From the NCBI GenBank assembly GCA_041740355.1, contig JBGSMD010000030.1, forward strand, positions 1-64,000: 64,000 bases of DNA, read 5' to 3'. The position numbers and the translations under genes are program-made. Each line of letters starts with the position of its first letter. The first letter of the stretch is position 1. The notes beneath the pieces were generated by a model that searched no databases, was not told the DNA's origin, and worked only from the letters and a program-made list of their open reading frames with translations. Origin of the DNA: Bdellovibrionota bacterium. Its GTDB lineage: Bacteria > Bdellovibrionota_C > UBA2361 > CALJRW01. This document shows positions 18,836 through 27,784 of the stretch, in pieces.

Positions 18836-19857
18836 GCGAAATTAACAACCGCAAATTAGATCATATTAAGATTGTAAAGGAAGATTCGTCAGTGGATCGC
18901 AGTTTAAATTATTTCGATCAAATTAATTTAACACATCGAGCACTTCCTGAAATTAATCTTCAAGAAGTAGATACTAGCTGTAATTTTTTAGGGAAAAAAT
19001 TATCATTTCCTTTGATCATTAGTTCTATGACTGGAGGGACAGGAGAGGAATTAAAAAAAATCAACCAAAATTTAGCGATTGCTGCTGAGCATTGTCAGGT
19101 TGCCCTAGGAGTGGGATCGCAACGTATAATTTTTTCCAACGATTCTGCTAAAGAAAGTTTTAAATTAAGAGCTTTTGCTCCAACAACTTTACTTTTTGCA
19201 AACATTGGAGCGGTACAACTCAATTATGGATTTACGGAAAAGCATTGTTTAGAAGCAATTAATCTATTAGAAGCAGACGCGCTATATCTTCATTTAAATC
19301 CACTACAAGAAGCAATTCAAAGTGAAGGTGATACCAACTTCTCAAATTTGTCAAAAAAAATTGAGCAGCTTATTTCCAAACTTAAAGTTCCAATTATTAT
19401 TAAAGAAGTTGGTTCGGGAATTTCAGTTGCTGATGCAAGGCTTTTAAAGTCAATTGGGATCAGATACCTTGATCTTGCTGGGAGTGGAGGAACTTCTTGG
19501 AGCCGTATTGAGCAGTTAAGAAAAATTAATCCTGAAAATAATTTAGGATTAACTTTTCAAGATTGGGGAATTCCTACACCGGTAGCCATTAAAGAGATTA
19601 TTAAAGCAAATTTACAATTGAAATTAATTGCTTCTGGTGGAGTAAGAAATGGTATCGACTTATTGAAAGCACTTGTCCTAGGCGCAGAGATTGGTGCAAT
19701 TGCTAATCCATTTTTAAAACTAGCTATGGATTCGCCGGAAGCTGTAATAGCAAAAATTAACGAACTTCAATCAGAGTTCCGATTAGGAATGTTTCTTTTG
19801 GGACAAAAGGATACAACTGGTTTAATAGATAATAAGGATCTAATGCTAAGCAAATAA
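18832..19857 (+). CDS. fni: Type 2 isopentenyl-diphosphate isomerase
   Basis: RKLDH, SSMTGG, GVGSQR, HLNPLQE, KEVGSG, GGTSW and SGGVR. ATG at 18832 overlaps the upstream TGA (ATGA). Confidence 0.93.
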   Translation: MSEINNRKLDHIKIVKEDSSVDRSLNYFDQINLTHRALPEINLQEVDTSCNFLGKKLSFPLIISSMTGGTGEELKKINQNLAIAAEHCQVALGVGSQRIIFSNDSAKESFKLRAFAPTTLLFANIGAVQLNYGFTEKHCLEAINLLEADALYLHLNPLQEAIQSEGDTNFSNLSKKIEQLISKLKVPIIIKEVGSGISVADARLLKSIGIRYLDLAGSGGTSWSRIEQLRKINPENNLGLTFQDWGIPTPVAIKEIIKANLQLKLIASGGVRNGIDLLKALVLGAEIGAIANPFLKLAMDSPEAVIAKINELQSEFRLGMFLLGQKDTTGLIDNKDLMLSK

Positions 19858-19934
19858 ATTCCCAGCAATCCGCCGTCGCCTATGAGGCTATGGCGTGATA
19901 ATTTAGTTTTTGTTTTTTTTAGAAAAAACAAAAA

Positions 19935-20240
19935 CTAAATTAATATCCAAACAAATCCATCTTCCACCTTAGTTTGATAAGTTTTTAAGTCATCAAAGGC
20001 TGGAGGTTCAGTCACAACACCAGTCTTTACGCAAAATCTGGCAAAGTGTAAGGGACATTCAACTTCTCCGTTCACAACACAGCCATCAGAAAGATTAGCA
20101 TCGGCATGGGTACAAAGATCGTCAAAAGCGAAGTACTGACCTTCAAAAAGAGTTACACCAATTTCACGTTTGTTAATGATAACTTTGGAAGCTTTATCTT
20201 CGGTAACTTGATCGCAAGCAATTAGTTTTTGGTACTCCAT
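19935..20240 (-). CDS. Rieske [2Fe-2S] ferredoxin
   Basis: CTH...CPLH ligands. Confidence 0.92.
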   Translation of the reverse strand: MEYQKLIACDQVTEDKASKVIINKREIGVTLFEGQYFAFDDLCTHADANLSDGCVVNGEVECPLHFARFCVKTGVVTEPPAFDDLKTYQTKVEDGFVWILI

Positions 20241-20489
20241 AATTCCACAAAATTCAAAATTCGTAGCAAATTATAGCAAAAGATATCAGGAAGATAAAGC
20301 AATCAAATTGATGATCTTAAATTTGTATTAAATTACTATTCAAATTTTAACTAGTATTACAAGTTATGCTTGATTTAATAGTCTATCCATAGGCAGGTCA
20401 ATAATAATGGAGAGATTTCACTATTTATCTTGAACTTACGTCTAAAATAGTAAATTATATCCTAGTTATTTTCTTTAATCATTCAACTA

Positions 20490-23400
20490 ATGTCAAAATA
20501 TATTGCGATACCTTTCTTACTTATCTGCCTCTTTGCTAAAAATTCCTTTGCGATTGATCAAGCAGAGTTATTAGCTAATTTTAATTTTGCCCCCAAAGAT
20601 GTTTTTTCAGCTGTTAGTTGGAAACCAGCTTCCAAGACCGCGGAACAGAAGCCAGATTTCTTCTTAAGTGCCGAGTTTGAAGATCGTGGTCGTGAACTAG
20701 TTAAGGTTGACGGGGATACAGGGGAAGTCACTTTATTAAGAGATATTGAAGTTGGTATTAATGGTTCCGTTCCTCTAAGCTTTACAGTGGTAGGTGATAC
20801 TTTGTTTTTCACTGCTGAAAATACTGAATTTGGACGTGAACTTTGGAAAACTGATGGAACATCAACCGGTACAGTTTTGGTGCAGGACATTAATCCTGGT
20901 GCCACAAGTACTGCCTTTGGTCAGTTTATCGCTTTTCAAAATGGCACTAAGATTGCTTTTGCAGCGACTAGTCCTGGTTTAGGATCTGAATTATTCGTTA
21001 GTAATGGACTGAGTTCTGGAACTATAGTTTACGATATTTATGATACTCCAACTTTTGGATCTACACCGAGTCAGTTCTTTTTACATAAACAAAATCAATT
21101 AGTTTTTCAGTGTACTACGGCAAGTGCGAGTAATGCGCTTTGTGAATTTACAGATGGAGCTAATCCGACAATTTTAAAGCCAGGAGTAAGCCTTGCCTAC
21201 GGATTTGAAAAATTAAATGCCACGCAGTTTGTTTTTGGAGCTTTAGATCTTACTGCGGGTTATGAAGTTTTTGTTTCTGATGGGACAGAGATTGGAACAA
21301 GCATGGTTACAGATCTTAATGTAGGGGCGTTTTCCTCAAATCCAAATAACTTTACGTTATTTAATGGTGAAGTTTATTTTTCTGCCCGTGCCTCTGGAGT
21401 TAATGTTGGAGAGAGCCTTTGGAGAACTAATGGAACAGAAGTTGGTACAATGATGGTCCAAGACTTAAATCTTGATAACGACAACGGTGAATTTAGTAAT
21501 TTTCAAGTAATTAATAACAGCATGCTATTTTTTGCAATACAGGATGCTACGGGCTTGGAACTATGGAAATCAACAGGAGGGACAGCTTCTTTATTAAGGG
21601 ATTTAACCGCTGGTATTGAGGGCTCTGATTTAACTAGTCTTACACCAGTGTATGAAGATCAAAATCAGGGGATCTTTATCTTTAATCATACAAGTGGTTT
21701 AGGGCAGGAGATTTGGGTTACTGATGGGACAAGTCTGGGAACAAAAATCTTAAAAGATATTTGGACAGGAAGTGAGGGATCAGAACCAGTAATTTTTCAT
21801 GATGAAGTTAATTCAAATTCATTTTTTATTGCCAAGAGTCCTTCAACTTTAGATTTGTATACAACGGATGGGACAGAGGCTGGCACCACAGCTAGTGTAA
21901 GTTTAGCTTTTGGTGCTGATCGTGAATCTAATCCTGTTGGTCTTGCTCTAATTACAGATGATCTATTATTTGTGAATGCTAGAACTCAGCGATTTGGTTA
22001 TGAGCCATTTGCTGTAAATTTACTTACAAATGAATCGATCTTACTAAAGGATATTTATCAAGGAAAAGAAAATAGTAATCCTTCCGTTGTCGGAAGAGTT
22101 GGAAGTCGTTTGTTATTTACTGCCGATGATAATCTAAATGGCCAGGAACTATGGGTAACAGATGGAACAGTCGATGGGACAACTTTATTAAAGGATATTA
22201 ACGTTGGTCCAGATTCAGCAACAATTTCTAAAGGTGTCGCTCTGGGCAATTCTGTAATTTTCCCTGCGGGCGATGCCGTAAACGGAATTGAATTATGGAT
22301 TAGCGATGGAACAACTGAAGGGACAGTCCTGCTAAAAGATATTAACACAGGGGTTGGAAGCAGCCAACCATTCTTTTCGTTTGCTGTATTAGGAAATAAA
22401 GTCGTTTTTGATGCTGCTGAAAGCACTAATGACCGTGAATTGTGGATCACAGATGGCACAACAGTCGGAACAACTCTATTAAAAGATATTAATGTTGGAA
22501 GTAACGGTAGTTATCCATCCTATCTTTATGCAGCAAGTAGCGGGGTTTATTTCTATGCTGATAATGGTGCTGATGGAGTAGAGTTGTGGAAGACTGATGG
22601 AACATCCGTAGGGACTATTTTAGTCAAAAATATTGAGCCAGGATCTGATAGTTCTGAGCCGATTGGTTTCATTGAGTATCAAGGTAATGTTTATTTTGCA
22701 GCAACTACATCTTCGGATGGTCGTGAATTATGGAGAACAGATGGAAGTAACTCTGGTACTTTACAAGTTTTAGATTTGGCTTCTGGAAGTAACGATGGGT
22801 TAGGATATGAACCTTCCTTAGCCATTTTAGATGATGCGCTTTATTTTGTTGGTAATTCAGATATTACTGGGGATGAATTGTATAAAACACTTGGAACCGC
22901 AGGAACTACAACACTAGTGAAAGACATTGTGCCGGGAATTTCAGATAGTCAAGCTGAGTATTTAACTGTTGGTGGCGATAAGATTTATTTCTCAGCAACT
23001 ACCGAAGCAACAGGTAAAGAGCTATGGCAGACAGATGGTACTGAAGCTGGAACTTCTCAGGTTGCTGATATCTATCAAGGGCCTACCTCCAGTAATCCTT
23101 TTATCTTTTTGGCAGATAATAGAGCTGTTTATTTTAGTGCCAATAATAATCGCATTGGTGAAGAGTTGTGGAAGGTTGTCTTTGATGAATGTCCATCAGA
23201 TCTAAACAAAAAAGAACCTGCGGCTTGTGGATGTGGCGTAATTGAACAGGACTTAAATTCTAATGGAGTACTTGATTGCTTTATTGAAGCTGATTTTGAA
23301 GCATACATCACTGATGCCCAAGCTAATTCTAAGAAGATCAAATTTAATCAGCAGAAGAATAAGAAGCAGATTAAAAAACTTAATAGTGCGATTAAGAAAT

Positions 23401-23591
23401 TCCGAACTAGTGTAAAATTAGTACTTTCTGAGGCAACAGTTACTGCTCCATCACTTCCAAGTTTAGATACTAAAAAAGGAAAGCGGATCCGTAAGCAATT
23501 AAAAGTAAATTTGAGAACTTTTAGTCAGGACCCAACTAAGGAAACACGCAAGCCAGTGAATAAGTCTTTGGCTAACTTAAAGGCTTTATAA
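20490..23591 (+). CDS. Secreted ELWxxDGT-repeat protein with Cys/Asp module and basic C-tail
   Basis: Many ELW(K/R/I)TDGT..GT.L.KDI repeats; DECPSDLNKKEPAACGCG; Lys-rich helical tail. Confidence 0.92.
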   Translation: MSKYIAIPFLLICLFAKNSFAIDQAELLANFNFAPKDVFSAVSWKPASKTAEQKPDFFLSAEFEDRGRELVKVDGDTGEVTLLRDIEVGINGSVPLSFTVVGDTLFFTAENTEFGRELWKTDGTSTGTVLVQDINPGATSTAFGQFIAFQNGTKIAFAATSPGLGSELFVSNGLSSGTIVYDIYDTPTFGSTPSQFFLHKQNQLVFQCTTASASNALCEFTDGANPTILKPGVSLAYGFEKLNATQFVFGALDLTAGYEVFVSDGTEIGTSMVTDLNVGAFSSNPNNFTLFNGEVYFSARASGVNVGESLWRTNGTEVGTMMVQDLNLDNDNGEFSNFQVINNSMLFFAIQDATGLELWKSTGGTASLLRDLTAGIEGSDLTSLTPVYEDQNQGIFIFNHTSGLGQEIWVTDGTSLGTKILKDIWTGSEGSEPVIFHDEVNSNSFFIAKSPSTLDLYTTDGTEAGTTASVSLAFGADRESNPVGLALITDDLLFVNARTQRFGYEPFAVNLLTNESILLKDIYQGKENSNPSVVGRVGSRLLFTADDNLNGQELWVTDGTVDGTTLLKDINVGPDSATISKGVALGNSVIFPAGDAVNGIELWISDGTTEGTVLLKDINTGVGSSQPFFSFAVLGNKVVFDAAESTNDRELWITDGTTVGTTLLKDINVGSNGSYPSYLYAASSGVYFYADNGADGVELWKTDGTSVGTILVKNIEPGSDSSEPIGFIEYQGNVYFAATTSSDGRELWRTDGSNSGTLQVLDLASGSNDGLGYEPSLAILDDALYFVGNSDITGDELYKTLGTAGTTTLVKDIVPGISDSQAEYLTVGGDKIYFSATTEATGKELWQTDGTEAGTSQVADIYQGPTSSNPFIFLADNRAVYFSANNNRIGEELWKVVFDECPSDLNKKEPAACGCGVIEQDLNSNGVLDCFIEADFEAYITDAQANSKKIKFNQQKNKKQIKKLNSAIKKFRTSVKLVLSEATVTAPSLPSLDTKKGKRIRKQLKVNLRTFSQDPTKETRKPVNKSLANLKAL

Positions 23592-23609
23592 ATAAGTCTT
23601 TAGAGTAGA

Positions 23610-23806
23610 TATAGTAATGACAAAAAATAATTTACGTTAGTAAATTAAACAGAGTCATTACGGCTAATGCAAATCTTGGATTCTTGTCGCGCCAAAGCAA
23701 AACCTACGGCGGATCTCCAAGTTTGCATAGCTAAAAACAACATAAATAGTGAGTCCAAGCAAAATCGTTAGTTTCTTAAAGTAATTTATTTTTTGGACTA
23801 ACTATA
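23610..23806 (-). repeat. MITE-like family B, copy 2 (complete TATAG...CTATA ends, inverted)
   Basis: Left end TATAGTAATGACAAAAAATAATTTAC; right end GTAATTTATTTTTTGGACTAACTATA. A further truncated end follows at 23803-23830. Confidence 0.9.
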
Positions 23807-23863
23807 GTTATGACAAAAAGTAATTTCCTATCTTTTTGATTGTCCAATTCATTTTTGTATGTT

Positions 23864-24688
23864 TTAAGTTCTACCAACCTTACGAATCTGATCCTCGATC
23901 GCATTTTTCAAAGCAAAATGTACATTGCCAGCCACTTCACCAAAGCATTGTTGAATTAAACATTCGCTTTTACTTTCGCCACTCCGTATACCAGGAAGGT
24001 AAAGCCGAGGTGTCCTCATATATACCTTGACCGAGTTTTCGCGCTTAAAGAATCCATCTTCTTTCCCCTGAGAAACAACAAAGAAGGTACCATCGGTGAC
24101 AACCGCTCTATCTGTCTTTGAGTTATAAAACCCCTGTAGACCTTCTAGTCCCAATCTTTGAGAGCTAAGAACATCTAAATTAAGGAAAATCGGACAATTG
24201 ATCGACTTAATGGGCTCAGAATGGTGATTTGATAAAAAAATATTTGAGCCTTCCTGAAGTAATTTTTTAAGAGATGGCTTTTGCTCTGTATCGCAACTTT
24301 CAGCTGCCATTGCCAACTTAGCCCTTATTGGAAGTTCGCTAAGAAGTAAGGTCGCTTTTTCATTTCTAATTTCTTTAATTCTTTTAACTAAAGCGCTTAA
24401 AACTGCTTTGTTGCTATCGCGATCGAGGTAACAATCATCAATTATGCAAGTGCCACTCCAAATCTTAACCCATGAAGGTACATTTGAAAGCACACCAAAC
24501 GCAACGTCTTGCACATCACTCCCTTGACCGTATACCAAAATTTCCCTCTCCGAATCGTCTAAGTGCATGTTACGATCAGACATAATTACTTCAATTCGAT
24601 CCGTGCTAATCATTTTAATAAGATCTTTGACCGCTGGACATGTTAGTCCTATTAAGTCTTGTCTTTTATTATGTAAAGTAGAATTCAT
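23864..24688 (-). CDS. Hypothetical protein
   Basis: 274-aa ORF; no recognised motif. Confidence 0.65.
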   Translation of the reverse strand: MNSTLHNKRQDLIGLTCPAVKDLIKMISTDRIEVIMSDRNMHLDDSEREILVYGQGSDVQDVAFGVLSNVPSWVKIWSGTCIIDDCYLDRDSNKAVLSALVKRIKEIRNEKATLLLSELPIRAKLAMAAESCDTEQKPSLKKLLQEGSNIFLSNHHSEPIKSINCPIFLNLDVLSSQRLGLEGLQGFYNSKTDRAVVTDGTFFVVSQGKEDGFFKRENSVKVYMRTPRLYLPGIRSGESKSECLIQQCFGEVAGNVHFALKNAIEDQIRKVGRT

Positions 24689-24891
24689 TGCTATTCCATA
24701 TAGTTATGCTGAATTCTTTTTTGATGTGACTTTAATTAAATAAGGGTTGAATTATAGGAAAGATAGGTATTAAAAAAGTTAAAGAGAGTAGACGTCCAGA
24801 AGCTTGATACGTGGGAAGATTTAAAGAAAATAAAATTCAGTAACCAAAGTAATAAAAACTGGTTGATAAATTAAAGAAGAAATTCTCTTTG

Positions 24892-25638
24892 CTACAATGG
24901 ATCTAGGGAAACAGGTAGCGAGTCAGCGACAGTGTGTTCACTATTGGTTAAATAGAGCTCGGTAATTTGTGCTGCCCACTCATCGATAATCATTCTTAAA
25001 TGAGCGTAACGTTGATAGTCTTTCAATGTAAATGGAGCAGCTTTCTGGCTTTCTCGATCTTTAAATTCTTCATAAAGTGAATTTTCCAATTCCCCTTGAT
25101 CTAGATAACCTTCAAAGGCAATACTACCTTCTCCAAATTGCTTAACAAGTCCACCCCCGGGCAGTAAAAAGCCAGCAATTGTTCCCGCAAAGTTAATTCC
25201 TGGGTTAGTAGGGATTAAATTGACTAATGCTAATTTAATACTAAGGGTTTCGGTCTCAGGCTGATCAAGGATTACGATTTGACCTTTAGCTTGCTCTCTA
25301 AAATTAATCTTTAATATTTCTCGAAAGTAGTTGGCTAGTTCCTGAGTTTCTTCAATCCTTTCCAGTTTTACTTCTTTATTGCCGGAAGCAGAGTTAATCT
25401 TTTTTTCTACAAAGCTAATATTAATAGGAGCGATATATATTTTTTGATGTTGGCTTTTGATTTTGTCAAAGCTTTTAGCATCAAATACCCAATAGGCATG
25501 AAATGGAGCGCGGGCTCTATTTTCTTTTAAGAGTTCGGGTTTTGGAACGAAAACAGAGGTTTTTTCGGGGCTTGCTTTTAGAACAGAGCATCCGGCAGTT
25601 GTTAGTAATATTGGTAAAAGCAATAGACTTTTAAACAT
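24892..25638 (-). CDS. DUF3313-like lipoprotein
   Basis: Lipobox TAGC; KIYIAP, L.IKLAL..L.PT, GSIAFEG and DEWA pattern. Confidence 0.7.
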   Translation of the reverse strand: MFKSLLLLPILLTTAGCSVLKASPEKTSVFVPKPELLKENRARAPFHAYWVFDAKSFDKIKSQHQKIYIAPINISFVEKKINSASGNKEVKLERIEETQELANYFREILKINFREQAKGQIVILDQPETETLSIKLALVNLIPTNPGINFAGTIAGFLLPGGGLVKQFGEGSIAFEGYLDQGELENSLYEEFKDRESQKAAPFTLKDYQRYAHLRMIIDEWAAQITELYLTNSEHTVADSLPVSLDPL

Positions 25639-25647
25639 AAATTTAGA

Positions 25648-26226
25648 TTATTTAGAAGATAATAATTTATTTATATCTTTTAGAATCCTGTGACTAGTTG
25701 GACTGGTAAAAGATCCATAGCGCTCCGCAACTGCGCCTTTAGGTGAAATAAGAAACTTTTCAAAGTTAAACATAACAGGCCCCGAAAATTTTTCATGCTT
25801 TACATTAGTTAGATATCTAAAAACAGGGTGTTGATTAACGCCACTTAGTTCCACAATCTCCATCACTGGAAAAGTTACCCCATATTTTGCATAACAGACT
25901 TGTTCAATTTTCTGAGAATCCTGATCCTCTAAGGGATTAAAATCGTTAGAAGGAAATCCAAGAATTACAAGTTTATTATCACTAAATTTTTGATATAGGT
26001 TTTCTAACTCTTTCAATTGGGGAGTTGTGCCACAATCAATAGCGATGTTGGTAATCAGGACAATTTGATTGCGAAAACTTTCGAAATTAATTACTTCGCC
26101 TGCAATATTTTTAGCTGTTAAATCATAAAAACTCTCAGCATTATGCTCAGCTCCGACAGAAGTCATAATTAAAATTCCTAGGAGTAAGTTAATAACCAAT
26201 GATCTAAAAAGATTTATTTGGAACAT
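25648..26226 (-). CDS. Glutathione peroxidase family protein (Cys type, signal-like N-terminus)
   Basis: NIAIDCGTTPQ, ILGFPSNDF, YGVTFP and NFEKFLI motifs. Confidence 0.88.
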   Translation of the reverse strand: MFQINLFRSLVINLLLGILIMTSVGAEHNAESFYDLTAKNIAGEVINFESFRNQIVLITNIAIDCGTTPQLKELENLYQKFSDNKLVILGFPSNDFNPLEDQDSQKIEQVCYAKYGVTFPVMEIVELSGVNQHPVFRYLTNVKHEKFSGPVMFNFEKFLISPKGAVAERYGSFTSPTSHRILKDINKLLSSK

Positions 26227-26323
26227 AGGAGGATTTATTAAAAATGATTAATTTTGAGGGTAAGCAGTTACAGAATAATTTAGCATTTGCTGCATGGAAA
26301 TTAAAGCCAGAAAAGTCCCCCGA

Positions 26324-26519
26324 TATTGAGTCCAAAAAAATAAATTACTTTAAAAGACTAAGGATTTTGCTTGGATTCACTATTTATGTTGTTTTTAGCT
26401 ATGCAAACTTGGATATCCGCCGTAGCTTTTGCTGTGGCGGGACAGGAAAGCAAGATTTGCATTAGCCGTAATGACTCTGTTAAATTTACTAACGTAAAAT
26501 ATTTTTTGTCATTACTATA
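26324..26519 (+). repeat. MITE-like family B, copy 3
   Basis: Full-length match to the reverse complement of 23610-23806; ends TTTTTTGTCATTACTATA. Confidence 0.9.
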
Positions 26520-26697
26520 ACTAAATAGAATTACCGTCACTTAATTGGGAGGTTTCTTACTTATTGCTTGTTCAAAATTGAAGCAAAATCGGCAGATTTA
26601 CTTTTCAGATCGCTTATTTCATAATGTCGCATATCCTTGGCCTTTGAATTTTCCATTCAAAAGAAGATTCGCCCAGATTTTAACTTTATTACTGCTC

Positions 26698-27006
26698 ATG
26701 TTTGGTATTAGTTTTACGGAACTTGCCTTAGTTGGCTTTGTCGCCCTCATTGTTTTTGGACCAGATAAGATGCCAGAAGTTGCTTCAAAAATCGGAAAGT
26801 TTCTGGGTACATTTCGCAAGACTTCGGATAAATTTCGCCAAGAATTTTATAATAGTGTTTATATCCCCGCAAAAGAAATCGAAAAAAAAGTGGATTCCAA
26901 ACTTGTGGCAGCTAAAGATGATTTAACTAAAAATTTAAAGATTAGTCCTCCGGATGAAACTAAAGAGATTACTAAAATCGAAGAGGGAAAACCTACGAAT
27001 GAATGA
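26698..27006 (+). CDS. tatB: Twin-arginine translocase TatB/TatA
   Basis: MFGISFTEL..V..VALIVFGPDKMP; ATG at 26698. Confidence 0.88.
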   Translation: MFGISFTELALVGFVALIVFGPDKMPEVASKIGKFLGTFRKTSDKFRQEFYNSVYIPAKEIEKKVDSKLVAAKDDLTKNLKISPPDETKEITKIEEGKPTNE

Positions 27007-27760
27007 TTTTACCAACATGGGTATCCTGCAACATTTAGCAGAACTAAGGAAACGATTACTTTGGTCTGTTGTGGCAATAATTATCGGAGCCTCTATTTGT
27101 TATAACTTCAGTACTTTTATCTTTGATTTTTTTACAGTACCTTTTGAAAAACAATTTCCGATTGGAGTTTTAATAGGAACAGGACCGGCAGAAGCATTTG
27201 TCCTTAAAATTAAGTTAGCTTGTTTTGCTGGATTTATTCTGGTGTCCCCATTTCTATTTTATCAGGTATGGTTGTTTGTTGCTCCGGGACTATACCAAGA
27301 AGAGAAGAAGCTAATTCTGCCGTTCATTTTGTTTAGTACAATCTTATTTTTGATTGGGATCTGCTTTTCATACTATTTAGTTCTACCTTTAGCCTATGAT
27401 TTTTTCTTCACACAGTATGAGTCGATTAAGATTGTTCCTAATATTCGGATCACCGAGCATTTAGCAATGGTTACTAAAATGTTGCTGGCTTTCGGTGCGA
27501 TCTTCGAATTTCCTGTTATCGCTTTGATGCTAGCCAAGTTAGGTTTGATTACTAGTCAGTTGATGATTGCTAGTTGGCGTTATGTAATTGTTTTTTGTTT
27601 TGTGACCGGAGCAGTGCTGACACCCCCGGATGTCGTTTCACAACTTTTAATGGCGATTCCAATGTTAATTTTATATCTAATTAGTATTGGACTAGTTAAG
27701 ATTTTAGAAAAGAAGGTCGGAGAACGAGAATTGGAGGATACTTCCTTAACTACTCGTTAA
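26999..27760 (+). CDS. tatC: Twin-arginine translocase TatC
   Basis: HLAELRKRL, FVAPGLY..E, FEFP and TPPDVVSQ; ATG at 26999. Confidence 0.95.
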   Translation: MNDFTNMGILQHLAELRKRLLWSVVAIIIGASICYNFSTFIFDFFTVPFEKQFPIGVLIGTGPAEAFVLKIKLACFAGFILVSPFLFYQVWLFVAPGLYQEEKKLILPFILFSTILFLIGICFSYYLVLPLAYDFFFTQYESIKIVPNIRITEHLAMVTKMLLAFGAIFEFPVIALMLAKLGLITSQLMIASWRYVIVFCFVTGAVLTPPDVVSQLLMAIPMLILYLISIGLVKILEKKVGERELEDTSLTTR

Positions 27761-27784
27761 GAAAGTGCCGATACATTCATGTAT

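Noticed and set aside
25648-26226. Selenocysteine glutathione peroxidase
   Set aside because: The active-site codon is TGT (Cys), with no in-frame TGA.
26244-26540. Small ORFs 26244-26465 and 26358-26540
   Set aside because: They run through family B repeat DNA and are probably spurious.
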